Below are positions 1 through 9,900 of a stretch of DNA of 64,000 nucleotides, piece by piece. Source of the stretch: Thermoproteota archaeon. Lineage in GTDB: Archaea; Korarchaeota; Korarchaeia; Korarchaeales; Korarchaeaceae. The notes beneath the pieces are model-generated. The model had not been told where the DNA came from and did no database searches. It worked only from the letters and a program-made list of their open reading frames with translations. Location of the stretch: NCBI GenBank assembly GCA_026986575.1, contig JALSOH010000006.1, positions 128,001 to 192,000 on the forward strand, in the 5' to 3' direction. The translations under genes and the position numbers were made by a program. How positions within the stretch are numbered: position 1 is the stretch's first letter; each line of letters starts with the position of its first letter.

Positions 1-1019
1 ACAGCTCCCACATTGGTGAACCTCAGCTCCTCACCCGGATCTCCGAGTACGAGCACTCTGGCCGGAGATATAACATCTACGGCCTCCTCTACTTCCCTCC
101 AGCCATCTAGCACTAGGACGTTGGCGTCATCGACGGCAGGCATGGAGAGGCCATCCAGTATCTCCTCTGTCTCTTTCGCGATCTCATTGGCAAGGGCCTC
201 ATCCACCGTTAGCACCATCAGGAAGGTATCAAGTCCGTGCTCGGCTTGGGACACCAACTCCCAAGCTACCCTCTCGGCATCAACCCCCCTCCCGACTACG
301 ACCACATGTTCAACGGGAGAAGATGGGAAGTCCACCGCAACATCTGGGGAGACCATTCTCTTGGCTACCATGAAGAGCAGATCCCCAGTTCCGAATATCT
401 TCTGGACCTCCTGTATCGTCGTGGTTCCGTACGCCATGGCGGCGACCGCCACGGGGCCCCCGACCCTATACATCCTAGTGACGCCTGAGAGCTTCGCAGC
501 AGCTAGGAGATGGGGACTGACCTGACCGCCAGCAAGAGGTGGAGTGAATACGTAGATCTGCTGGACGCCAGCTACCTTCGCGGGTACGGCGGTGTAGATC
601 AAGGTGGAGAAGTAAGAGTACCCTTCGCCTTCCGGAACATGAATTCCTATCCTCTCAAGAGGAATCCACCTAACGCCGTACTCGCTCTCATTTCTCCTCA
701 CTACGAAGTCCTCCACCCTTTGCATGGAGTAGAACTCCTTAACTCTCTCCACAAGCTCCTCAATGGTGTCTAGATCCCGGCCGATCTGGGAGAGGGCCTC
801 ATCCATAGAATCTTCACTCACTTGAAACTCCTCCGGTGAGAGTTTAACGCCGTAAAGCCTCTCAGTGAACTCGGATACGGCCTCGTCCTCCCTCAACTTG
901 ATCTGCTCTATAATGGGCCTCACCGATTCCCTGAAAACCGCCAGATCTATCTCACGGGATTCCAGTTCGACTAGGAATTTCCACGCATCCTTACCTTTCA
1001 AAATGCGCAGGGGTATCAC
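1..1019 (-). CDS. Histidinol dehydrogenase (HisD)-family protein, divergent; 3' end runs off the window
   Basis: Absent from ORF track because it has no stop in the window. Manual translation from GTG 1019 gives RIGIHVP..STLIYTAVPAKVAGV..TPP..LLAAAKLSGV..YRVGG..AMAYGT..KIFGTGD..AKR..SQAEH..NVGA, matching HisD motif order. Confidence 0.85.
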   Translation of the reverse strand, partial: MIPLRILKGKDAWKFLVELESREIDLAVFRESVRPIIEQIKLREDEAVSEFTERLYGVKLSPEEFQVSEDSMDEALSQIGRDLDTIEELVERVKEFYSMQRVEDFVVRRNESEYGVRWIPLERIGIHVPEGEGYSYFSTLIYTAVPAKVAGVQQIYVFTPPLAGGQVSPHLLAAAKLSGVTRMYRVGGPVAVAAMAYGTTTIQEVQKIFGTGDLLFMVAKRMVSPDVAVDFPSSPVEHVVVVGRGVDAERVAWELVSQAEHGLDTFLMVLTVDEALANEIAKETEEILDGLSMPAVDDANVLVLDGWREVEEAVDVISPARVLVLGDPGEELRFTNVGA

Positions 1020-1176
1020 CCTGCCTTATGACTGGGCTATCCTTAAAATGATGGGCGCCCTCTACCTCAGGGGGGATGAGATAGCCATCCCAGAATGAGG
1101 GGACTCTAAAAATGATTTACCCAGGGGTAATCGACCCCCCACCTATGGAGCATGATATGGGCTGAAATCTCACTCA

Positions 1177-2112
1177 TCAGTATGCAAGGATCAGACCTTT
1201 CTCCCTATAGGCCCTTATGATTCTCTCCAAACCTTCTTCCAGCTCCACCTCGTACTTGAACCCTAGATCGTGCTCAGCCTTCCTCGTGTCAGCGAGCGTC
1301 CTGTAAACATAGTTCTTTATCGGGTTCTCCCTATACTCCAGCCTCAGATCGAGGCCCAACCTCCTTATCAACTCAGCTAACTCATTAAACGAGGTCTCCT
1401 TTCCGGTACCGACGTTGTAGACCTCGCAATCTTCACCTCTCTCCCAAGCCAGCAGGAAGGCCCTGACAACGTCTGTTACGTAGATGAAATCTCTAGTCTG
1501 CTTTCCATCACCGTATATGACGAAGGATCTGCCATCTAGCGCGGCCCATACCATCTGAGAGGCCACGTTTGCGAATGGACCCTTGGGCCTCTCGTTAGGC
1601 CCGTAAACGCTGAACAGCCTCAGTCCCACGCTTTCCACTCTGTGCAGCTCATAGTAGACCCTAGCCAACCTCTCTATCCAGTACCTCCCCTCTGTGTAGA
1701 AGTCTGTCGGGAAAACGGGCATATCCTCAGTGAACGGAGGATTGTTCCTGTTGTATAGGGAGGATGTTGACGCGTAAACGACCTTCGCACCTGACTCCTT
1801 GGCATATTCGAATATGGCGACGGCATCCCTCACAGCAATCGAGAGGAGATCAGGATTCTCTCGATACATCGGGCTCGAAGAGGGAATGCCTAAGTGGAAG
1901 ACTACATCGACGGGCGTCAATTCCCTGATGGAGGAAGAAGCTCCCTCCAAAAGTGTCGCACCCCTTTCCTTGAGGAGGTTGGCCACCTCCCTCGATCCGG
2001 TCATGAAGTTATCAATAACAACTACCTCTGCTCCATCCTTCAGAAGCTTCGCCGTTAAGTTGCTGCCTATAAACCCCGCTCCTCCAGTCACAACGGCTCT
2101 CAATTGAAGCAC
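1177..2112 (-). CDS. NAD-dependent nucleotide-sugar epimerase/dehydratase (extended SDR)
   Basis: TGGAGFIGS, YASTSS, RLFSVYGP, GDGKQTRDFIYV, YNVGTG. Confidence 0.92.
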   Translation of the reverse strand: MLQLRAVVTGGAGFIGSNLTAKLLKDGAEVVVIDNFMTGSREVANLLKERGATLLEGASSSIRELTPVDVVFHLGIPSSSPMYRENPDLLSIAVRDAVAIFEYAKESGAKVVYASTSSLYNRNNPPFTEDMPVFPTDFYTEGRYWIERLARVYYELHRVESVGLRLFSVYGPNERPKGPFANVASQMVWAALDGRSFVIYGDGKQTRDFIYVTDVVRAFLLAWERGEDCEVYNVGTGKETSFNELAELIRRLGLDLRLEYRENPIKNYVYRTLADTRKAEHDLGFKYEVELEEGLERIIRAYREKGLILAY

Positions 2113-2154
2113 CCGAATTCCGTCCAGCGAGAAAAATAATAATGTGGGAGGTGC

Positions 2155-3453
2155 TCAGGAGGACTTGATTATCTCAATGAGGTCGTCAGTCATCTTGTCA
2201 GCCTGATCCATGGTGACCGTGAGCGGGGGCTCGATCCTCACCACATTTCCAAACATGCCGCCAGTCCCGATTATGTATCCCCTCTTGAACATGCCCTCCT
2301 TGACCTTCTTCGTAAGCTCCGGATTCGGCTTCTTCCCGTCCTTGACGAGCTCAATACCTATGAAGAGGCCTCTCCCTCTCACCTCGCCTATAGATGGGAG
2401 AGCGGAGTCCCTGAGCTTCTTCATTATGAATTCTCCCACCTTATGGGCGTTCTCATGTAGCTTCTCCTCTAACATGACCTCTATCCCAGCGAGACCTGCC
2501 GCGCACGCCACCGGATTGCCAGAGAATGTGACGTTGTGATCTCCGGGCTCCCAAGCCCTGTCCACCTCATCCGTCGTCATGGTGCCAGCCAGTGGAAGTC
2601 CTGCTCCCAAGGCCTTGCCCATGGTCATTATATCGGCTCTGACATCCTCCCACTCGTGGGCGAAGATCTTACCGGTCCTCCCGAAACCGCTTTGCACCTC
2701 GTCCATTATGAGCAGGACGCCGTTCTCCCTAGCGATCTTCTCGAGTTCCTTCAACCAGCCATCGGGTGGGACTATTATCCCTCCCTCACCCATCACCGGC
2801 TCCATTATTATGGCGGCCACATTCTCCGATCCCAGATGGTACCTTATGTATTCGTCCACCTTCTCTAAGGTGTAGCTCTTGCAGGTCTCCACATCGCCGG
2901 GGAACCGGAAGCAGTAGGGGGAAGGAAGATGCACGACACCGGGATAGTTAGCGAAATGGCCTAAATGCCTCTTATACTTCCTCTCATGGGTGAGCGTGAG
3001 GGTCAGAGCTCCTCTACCGTGGAACGCGAAATCGAAAGCTATGACGTAGGCGCCAGTCTTACCCTGAACCTTCACCGAGTACTTCTTGGCCAGCTTTATT
3101 GCGCCTTCCACAGCCTCAGTGCCACTGTTGGCATAGTACGTCTTTTTGAGGTCCCCAGGAGCTATTTCCGCGAGCTTCTTGGCAAGCTCGAGAGCGGGAA
3201 CGTTGTAGTAGATCATACCTATGTGGGCGATCTTCTCCATCTGCTCCTTAACGGCGTTGACTATCTTGGGATGGGAATGACCGTAGTTAATAACTCCGAA
3301 TCCCGAGAAGAAGTCGAGATACTTGTTCCCATCCACATCCCAGATCTCAATTCCCTTGGCCTTTTCTAACACAATCGGGTATATTATTGGGTATGCACTC
3401 TGGAGGTAGGCCCTCCCATCCTCAACACTCAAAATACCACCTGAGAAAGCCAA
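2155..3453 (-). CDS. Class III PLP aminotransferase (GABA/ornithine-type)
   Basis: DVDGNKYLDF, NSGTEAVE, FHGR, EPVMGEGG, DEVQSGFGRTG, PLP lysine in MGKALG. Confidence 0.92.
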   Translation of the reverse strand: MAFSGGILSVEDGRAYLQSAYPIIYPIVLEKAKGIEIWDVDGNKYLDFFSGFGVINYGHSHPKIVNAVKEQMEKIAHIGMIYYNVPALELAKKLAEIAPGDLKKTYYANSGTEAVEGAIKLAKKYSVKVQGKTGAYVIAFDFAFHGRGALTLTLTHERKYKRHLGHFANYPGVVHLPSPYCFRFPGDVETCKSYTLEKVDEYIRYHLGSENVAAIIMEPVMGEGGIIVPPDGWLKELEKIARENGVLLIMDEVQSGFGRTGKIFAHEWEDVRADIMTMGKALGAGLPLAGTMTTDEVDRAWEPGDHNVTFSGNPVACAAGLAGIEVMLEEKLHENAHKVGEFIMKKLRDSALPSIGEVRGRGLFIGIELVKDGKKPNPELTKKVKEGMFKRGYIIGTGGMFGNVVRIEPPLTVTMDQADKMTDDLIEIIKSS

Positions 3454-3522
3454 TCGGGATTAGTGATAAACCTAACCTCTAGCCGTACGACCTCACAAAA
3501 AGATGGAGGAGGATGATCCTCA

Positions 3523-4239
3523 TCATTTGATTATGCCCAAGTACAGCTTAGCGAACTGAGGGTGCTCTAGTAGTTCTTTAGCGTTCCCTTCATATCTCAT
3601 AGTCCCGCTTACTAGAAGATATCCCCTATCCCCAACCTCCAGCGCTCTCTTTGCATGCTGCTCGACCATAACTATGGTCTGATGGTACTCATCCCTCAGC
3701 TCAACCACCTTATTGAGGACCTGCTTCACTAGGATGGGAGCTAGGTCGGTGGTCATCTCGTCCAACATGAGTACTTTGGGCCTCCTCATCAAAGCCATCC
3801 CTATCGCGAGCATTCTTCTTTCTCCACCGCTTAGGGTCCCCGCCTTCCTCTTCCTGAACTCCCTCAGCCTGGGAAACATGTCCAGAATCTCCTCTATTCT
3901 CTCAGGAACCTCTTCCCTAGGTAGAAGGTAGCCAGCTATCTTCAAGTTCTCCTCGACGCTTAATCCCGAGGCCACATTCCCCAGCTGGGGCAGGTAAGCT
4001 ATGCCCATCCTAGCCTTCTTATAGGCCGGGACCTTAGTGACATCCTGCCCCTCAAAGAGTACTTGACCCTTGTGAATGGTGGCTATCCCCATTATGCTGT
4101 TAAGGAGAGTAGTCTTACCCGCGCCGTTAGGCCCGACAACTACTGTTATCTCCCCCTCTCTCACTTCGAAGTTTATGTCGAACAGTACCTCTAGCTTTCC
4201 ATACCCAGAATACAAACCCTTCGTCTCCAGTATGGCCAT
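3523..4239 (-). CDS. livF: Branched-chain amino acid ABC transporter ATPase
   Basis: GPNGAGKTT, LSGGERRMLAIGMAL, MLDE, VEQH. Confidence 0.9.
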   Translation of the reverse strand: MAILETKGLYSGYGKLEVLFDINFEVREGEITVVVGPNGAGKTTLLNSIMGIATIHKGQVLFEGQDVTKVPAYKKARMGIAYLPQLGNVASGLSVEENLKIAGYLLPREEVPERIEEILDMFPRLREFRKRKAGTLSGGERRMLAIGMALMRRPKVLMLDEMTTDLAPILVKQVLNKVVELRDEYHQTIVMVEQHAKRALEVGDRGYLLVSGTMRYEGNAKELLEHPQFAKLYLGIIK

Positions 4240-4254
4240 AAGATCACCCGACCT

Positions 4255-5034
4255 TCATCCTATGTATATCTCGATTACCTTGGGGTTATTCGCGACCTCA
4301 TCAGGCAGTCCCTCTGCGATTAAAGTCCCCCTATCGAGGACGTACACGTAGTCAGCGAAAGGTAGGGCTATATCTATCCTGTGCTCTATCAGGAGGAAGC
4401 TGACATCCCACTGCTTCCTGAGGTTGCTCACGTAAGTCAGGATCTCACCAGCGTAGGCAGGATCTACTCCACCTATCGGCTCATCGAGGGCTATTAGCTT
4501 AGCTCCCGTTGCAAGGGCCCTAGATACCTCTAGCATCTTAAGCTGACCCCCTCCCAAGGTGACAGCGAGCTTATCCCAGTGATCCTCTAATCCCACGTGC
4601 CTTAATATCTCAAAGGCCTTCTCCACCTTCTCCTCTTCCTCCTCTATCCACAGTGATTTTATGGGCGCCTTCAATGGGCTCTCCCCTGAGTGGCTCATAG
4701 CCGCAAGTACGTTCTCTAAAACAGTGAGCCTCAAGAAGGGAGCGGGAATCTGGAAGGTCCTAACGAAACCGGCCCTGTAAACCTTGTGCGGGGGCCAGCC
4801 CGTTATATCTATCCCATCAAATACTACCCTGCCCCCATCGGGCTTTAGCACTCCAGTACATGTGTTGACGAAGGTGGATTTACCGGCGCCGTTCGGACCC
4901 ATGAGCATGGTCATAGAATTCCTCTTGACTTTTAGGGAGACGTTGTTCACTGCTATGAGACCGCCGAACCTCTTGGTCAGGTTCTCAGTGATCAGTATGT
5001 ACTCCTCCTTACTTTCAGCCAAGAGCATCACCAC
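4255..5034 (-). CDS. livG: Branched-chain amino acid ABC transporter ATPase
   Basis: KRFGGLIAV, GPNGAGKST, RTFQ, LDEP, IEH, NPKVIEIYIG. Confidence 0.9.
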   Translation of the reverse strand: MVMLLAESKEEYILITENLTKRFGGLIAVNNVSLKVKRNSMTMLMGPNGAGKSTFVNTCTGVLKPDGGRVVFDGIDITGWPPHKVYRAGFVRTFQIPAPFLRLTVLENVLAAMSHSGESPLKAPIKSLWIEEEEEKVEKAFEILRHVGLEDHWDKLAVTLGGGQLKMLEVSRALATGAKLIALDEPIGGVDPAYAGEILTYVSNLRKQWDVSFLLIEHRIDIALPFADYVYVLDRGTLIAEGLPDEVANNPKVIEIYIG

Positions 5035-5124
5035 GCATCCCGGTCGTCTGATTAAAATAAATGCTTTACCAAGTGTAAGATGCGAGATGTTAGTCGTAAA
5101 AAAGAAGAAAAGGTTTGAGAGGGA

Positions 5125-6516
5125 TTAGCTCTTGCCTAAGAGCTGGAGGAACCAATCGTTCCAAGTTATCTTTCCGGAGTCAGCGTGGTAGGTACCGGCT
5201 AGCTTCCAGACCCACTTGCCGCCCTCTTGGGCCGGCATGTAGAAGAAGTAGTCGGCGCTCGCCCTGTCTCCGTTCTTGTTAAGGACAATCACGCCGGAGG
5301 CGCCGTACCAGTGCTCTCCAATGGTGGGCAGCACCTTAGCAACGGCGACGGGATCGTAGGAGTCCACCAAATCGAGTGCTACGGCGACGGTCCACAGGGC
5401 ATCGTAGGCAGCATAGGCATAGCTGTCAGGCTCCCTTCCCAAGGTCTTCAGCACGTAGTTCTTTACCTTCTCCTTGATCTTAGTAGCGGCTCCGAATATC
5501 GGGCTCACGAACTTGGTGTCATAGGCGAACTTAGCCGCGTCAGGGTTGCTAGTTATTTCACTGAGCAAAGCAGTTCCGTCAGATCCTACCCATGGCACCT
5601 TCTTGAGCGAGTCATACTGGGCAGCCACAGCAGCGAACTGCACGTACTCGTTGAATCCTATGAAGGAGACTCCCACCTTGTCAGCTCCATACTTCTGGAT
5701 GAGCTGGCTCACTATGGAATCGAGCTGCGATACCACAGCGGAGAACTCGGTGGCCTGAGGATCGTACCTTATGCCTTTACCGTTCTTGGCGCCCCATATC
5801 TCTCCAGTCTCACCATGGGCCTTCAGTATCTTATCGAACTCCTCATCTATCTTCTCAGCTAGGGCAGTTCCCCACTCATCGCCCCTCCAGACCTGAACGA
5901 GGTACCTCACTCCCAACTGGTAGAGGGCGGTAGCACTAGCCGGACCCTGTATCTCATCGGTGGGACAGTACCTGTAAATCATGTCTCCGGGTATGGCGAG
6001 TCTCGGGGATGTGGAGGACTGGGATATCAGGAGCAGTTTGTTGGAGTCGACATAGTTCTTGAGCTCCTTGACCTCGGCGCTGCTCATCGGCCCTATGAAT
6101 ATCTTGACTCCCCTAGAGTGGAGAGCCTGTACCTTGTCCAGCGCGGTCTTCGGGTCGGTCGCAGTATCTTCATAGTACACCTTTATGCGCCAGTTCTCCC
6201 CTCTGGCAGCGAGCCAGTCATTTATCTCCTTCTCAGCTAACTCAAGAGCGGCCTTACTGTTCTCTCCGTAGGAGGAGAGACCACCAGTGAGGGCCAGCAG
6301 GGCCCCTATCGGGACCTCTCCCTTGAGCCCTGCGGCAGCTGCTCCAGCCTTGGTTACCGTCTGGGTTATGGTAACAGTCTTAGCTCCAGGAGCTCCAGCG
6401 GTTACAGTCGTGGTGACGGTCTTGACGCCGCCCCCTGCTCCACCCGCGGCCCATCCTATGCCTATCCCTATAATCAGGAGTATCAACATGAGGGCGTATG
6501 CGGTCTTGTCTGACAT
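5125..6516 (-). CDS. LivJ/K-family ABC substrate-binding protein, N-terminally anchored
   Basis: N-terminal TM helix, Thr-rich linker, IGALLALTG..SYG, EDTATDP, AYDA. Start moved to MSDKT after a GAGGTGA RBS. Confidence 0.88.
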   Translation of the reverse strand: MSDKTAYALMLILLIIGIGIGWAAGGAGGGVKTVTTTVTAGAPGAKTVTITQTVTKAGAAAAGLKGEVPIGALLALTGGLSSYGENSKAALELAEKEINDWLAARGENWRIKVYYEDTATDPKTALDKVQALHSRGVKIFIGPMSSAEVKELKNYVDSNKLLLISQSSTSPRLAIPGDMIYRYCPTDEIQGPASATALYQLGVRYLVQVWRGDEWGTALAEKIDEEFDKILKAHGETGEIWGAKNGKGIRYDPQATEFSAVVSQLDSIVSQLIQKYGADKVGVSFIGFNEYVQFAAVAAQYDSLKKVPWVGSDGTALLSEITSNPDAAKFAYDTKFVSPIFGAATKIKEKVKNYVLKTLGREPDSYAYAAYDALWTVAVALDLVDSYDPVAVAKVLPTIGEHWYGASGVIVLNKNGDRASADYFFYMPAQEGGKWVWKLAGTYHADSGKITWNDWFLQLLGKS

Positions 6517-6804
6517 ATTCATCACCTCGGGGTTTAAACCCCGCTGAAGGTCATACCATCCCTTTATTTTAAAATGATTATGGCCGCATATCAGCAATAA
6601 GCTATTGGACATGGCGAATTATATTGAAGAGAGATGCTCTCTTTGACATTAGTTGTATCCAAGGAGGCTTGAAGTCATTAAGAGGAGCTCAGCTCTAATT
6701 CCCCTAATCTCCGCAAAGGGACCCGGATACACCCTCAGCGCAACTAGCAGCAATTATGTTTTTAACAATCCTGAAGGGAGTTGAGAAGAGTGGGTTAAGT
6801 TGGG

Positions 6805-7779
6805 GTGATCCTAATGCAGATTCTCGCTGGGCCGATAGTACAGATCCTTATGACAGCAATAGGCTTCTCAGGCGGGCTGGCCTTGGCTGCCGCCGGGATA
6901 ACTCTAATATATATGACCACAGGCACCTTCAATTTCGCTCATGCCTCTATGACTGCATGGGGATTCTATATCGTATTTTCACTATACAAGGTGCTGCTAG
7001 GGGGAAATCCCTACTTGTACTTTCCAGTGGCATTCATATTCTCCGGTATCCTAGGAGTCATCACCTATCTAGTAGTGAACAGGTGGCTATTGAAGAGAGG
7101 GGCTGACATGGTCACCCTAATGATGTCGACACTGGGCGTTGACCTCGCCTTCTTCGCATTCATTAACATATTTGCAGATTACCTGACGGCCACATATAAG
7201 GTCAACACTAGACTGATTGTCTTGACCACTGAGGATATAATATTAGGCAAGATTGGCACCTTCCCGTTTAAGGCAATAACGGTAATCTCGGTCGCGATAG
7301 TCGTAGGAATGGCTCTATTCTTCTACCTACTCCTGAACAGAACCAAGTTCGGAATAGCCTTCAGGATAACGGTAGAAAATCCATCTCTAGCCTCAATACT
7401 GGGGATAAATACCGAGACGATTTACCTCTTCGCATGGTTCATGGGAGGAGCGATGGCTGGGCTGGGTGGAGCTATATTGTCTCTAGTGATCAGCGGTACA
7501 CCTACCGTCGGGAACACTGTGATAGTACCAGAATTCGCCGCATCAATAGTGGGAGGTCTCTACTCAATATATGGCGGACTAGTTGGAGGATTCCTAATTG
7601 GTCTCAGCCAGAAGCTGATAATAAACTGGTTAGGAAGCGTACTGGGAGGCAACATAGTGGTTTACGAGCCCATCATACCTCTGCTCATAATGGCTGCGAC
7701 GCTTCTGCTCTACCCAGAGGGTCTCGCTGGTATAGATTGGAGGAGAATCTTCTCGAGATCGAAGTCTAGCAGGAGGTGA
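6805..7779 (+). CDS. livH: Branched-chain amino acid ABC permease
   Basis: GITLIY..TGTFNFAH, RTKFGIAFR, multiple TM helices. Confidence 0.88.
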   Translation: MILMQILAGPIVQILMTAIGFSGGLALAAAGITLIYMTTGTFNFAHASMTAWGFYIVFSLYKVLLGGNPYLYFPVAFIFSGILGVITYLVVNRWLLKRGADMVTLMMSTLGVDLAFFAFINIFADYLTATYKVNTRLIVLTTEDIILGKIGTFPFKAITVISVAIVVGMALFFYLLLNRTKFGIAFRITVENPSLASILGINTETIYLFAWFMGGAMAGLGGAILSLVISGTPTVGNTVIVPEFAASIVGGLYSIYGGLVGGFLIGLSQKLIINWLGSVLGGNIVVYEPIIPLLIMAATLLLYPEGLAGIDWRRIFSRSKSSRR

Positions 7780-8864
7780 TAGTTATGATGGAGGGCATAC
7801 TTGAGTACCTCTACAATCCCCTTGTGCTGAGCATCCTAGTTAATATGGCCGTATTCCTCATAGTTACCTTAAGCCTCAACCTAGAAACTGGATTTGCGGG
7901 CATTCCACAGTTCGGTAGGGTGTTAGCAGTTATAGCTGGAGCTATAGGCGCAGGTGCGATAGCAGGAAGGATGATGGCGGCTATGATGGGATTACCTGCA
8001 GGTATCGAATATGTAGGGGATCAGAACTTCGTGATCGTAGGAGAGTTAAACAAAGCCCTGGAATCAAGTCCCCTCCTATCGATAGGAGCTCTCATTCTTA
8101 GTTTGGCTGTGGCGGCAGTAATGGGAGGTATAATGGGCTATCTAGCATCCTATCCAGCGATAAGGTTGAAGGAAGCCTACTTAGGCATCACCCTGCTAGC
8201 TTTCGGCGACGCACTCCAAATAGTGGGAATGTACTACGATCCCTTGGCAGGTGGAACAGCGGGAATAGTAGTCCCCGATGTCTTCAGGTTCGTGGGGACA
8301 GGGGAAATAAGGTTCCTCAGCAGCACATTGATAATACTGGGAATAGCTATCTTGGTATACCTGTATGTCCAAAGGCTAGCTAGATCGCCCTTCGGCAGGG
8401 CCCTCAAGGCCATGAGAGATAATGAGCTCGCTGCCAAGGTATACGGGAAGGACATTGTAAGTTTGAGGGCCAAAACCTTAATCATAGGAGGCGCGCTGGC
8501 TGGGATGGGGGGTGCTCTCTGGACCCTTTACACCGGGAGCTTCAAAGCCCTCACCTACAACAGGCTTACTTGGACCTTCTGGCCTTGGGCGTTCATGATG
8601 TTAGGAGGTACTGGAAATAACCTCGGTATAGTTCTCGGTACCTTGGTATTCTCCACCGTCAGAAGTCTGATCTATGCGTACAAGACTGAACTGACGGCAT
8701 TCATACCAATAAATCCAAATTGGCTTGAGTATCTCCTGATTGGCGTCATAATAATCGCAATTGCCTTGTTCAGACCTCAAGGAATACTTCCAGAGAAGCC
8801 AGAGCTTCCACTATCGAAGAAGAAGATCGAGAGCATAAGGGCTTCCCTAGCTAAGGGAGACTGA
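7776..8864 (+). CDS. livM: Branched-chain amino acid ABC permease
   Basis: SLNLETGFAG, YLGITLL, SPFGRALKAMRDNE, MLGGTGN, FRPQGI. Confidence 0.88.
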   Translation: MIVMMEGILEYLYNPLVLSILVNMAVFLIVTLSLNLETGFAGIPQFGRVLAVIAGAIGAGAIAGRMMAAMMGLPAGIEYVGDQNFVIVGELNKALESSPLLSIGALILSLAVAAVMGGIMGYLASYPAIRLKEAYLGITLLAFGDALQIVGMYYDPLAGGTAGIVVPDVFRFVGTGEIRFLSSTLIILGIAILVYLYVQRLARSPFGRALKAMRDNELAAKVYGKDIVSLRAKTLIIGGALAGMGGALWTLYTGSFKALTYNRLTWTFWPWAFMMLGGTGNNLGIVLGTLVFSTVRSLIYAYKTELTAFIPINPNWLEYLLIGVIIIAIALFRPQGILPEKPELPLSKKKIESIRASLAKGD

Positions 8865-9891
8865 GTACTCCATCTCCACTTTTTCCTATCAATGTGGGGA
8901 TTTCATCCTTGACACCAAGTCTGGGGAGCAGGCACCTCACTAAACTACCCCTCCTATTTCCCGTTATGAATAGAGGTGATCCACTCCTTCTGACTTCACT
9001 TAGGAGAAGGTCCACCCCCTCGCAGGAGTCGGGGAGGTTCATCTCTCCGACCCTCTTGGAAAACTCGTAAGACCACTCTCCAGCCACGGCAACCTTCGAG
9101 TAGTCGACCCATCTCTCCCTAATCATTTTGAGAAAGGCCCATGTCCTCCCGGGCCTGTCCCTTCTGAGCTGAATGAAGATGAAAGGGCTTTCACCCAGCC
9201 ATCTAACCAAAAGGGTCGCGCTATCCGGATCATTAACCTTAGATGCGTCAAAGTAAACTATTCCGTTAATCTCCTTCCACCTAAGCTTCTTCTTGATTGC
9301 CTCAAGGTAAGCATCGATGTTCACACTTCCTAACCCGAGGAATTCCAAGATTTCGTTCAGAAGGACCGGGATCTCAGCACCCGGCAGGTGGGGGTGGGCA
9401 GGTCCGACCCTTACGAGCTTCTTGGCTTTTTTACTCATTATATCGTTTAAGTGATCGTTCGTCTCACCGCTGAACACTATTTCCGCTTTTCCAAAGGAAG
9501 AAGCAATGGATCTGGCTATTTTCTCCCTAGTCCTGCCCATCTCCTCCACGTGATCTAACCTCACATTGGTCACAGCAACGATTTGAGGCTTAACGAAGAG
9601 ATCGTTGAATACCCTCATCGTGTAAGGGGACACTCCCTGATTCTCTAGAACGCAATAATCCGAATGTGGAACGCTGAAGAGATTCTCGTAAAGCCTAGTG
9701 GGTCCTCTACGCCTCAAGATCTTGACGTCCTTTCCGATACAAAGAAGAGGGAGTGTACCAGTGACCTTGCAGAAAGAGGTCTTCTTCCTATAAACTACCT
9801 CACTGTGCAACGAAATGGATAAGCTTGTCTTCCCCCTAGTCCCTTGGACGGAGATCCTCGTATCGGCTATCCTCCAAGGCGGGCCCCTCAT
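8851..9891 (-). CDS. capB: Poly-gamma-glutamate synthase CapB/PgsB-like (Mur ligase superfamily)
   Basis: GTRGKTS P-loop, KVTGT, ENQGVSPYT, TNVRLDHVEEMG, KVNDPDS, RRDRPGRT. Confidence 0.8.
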   Translation of the reverse strand: MRGPPWRIADTRISVQGTRGKTSLSISLHSEVVYRKKTSFCKVTGTLPLLCIGKDVKILRRRGPTRLYENLFSVPHSDYCVLENQGVSPYTMRVFNDLFVKPQIVAVTNVRLDHVEEMGRTREKIARSIASSFGKAEIVFSGETNDHLNDIMSKKAKKLVRVGPAHPHLPGAEIPVLLNEILEFLGLGSVNIDAYLEAIKKKLRWKEINGIVYFDASKVNDPDSATLLVRWLGESPFIFIQLRRDRPGRTWAFLKMIRERWVDYSKVAVAGEWSYEFSKRVGEMNLPDSCEGVDLLLSEVRRSGSPLFITGNRRGSLVRCLLPRLGVKDEIPTLIGKSGDGVLSLP

Positions 9892-9900
9892 TCAATCCCC

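Noticed and set aside
13-1098. Plus-strand ORFs at the window start
   Set aside because: Antisense shadows of the HisD-like gene
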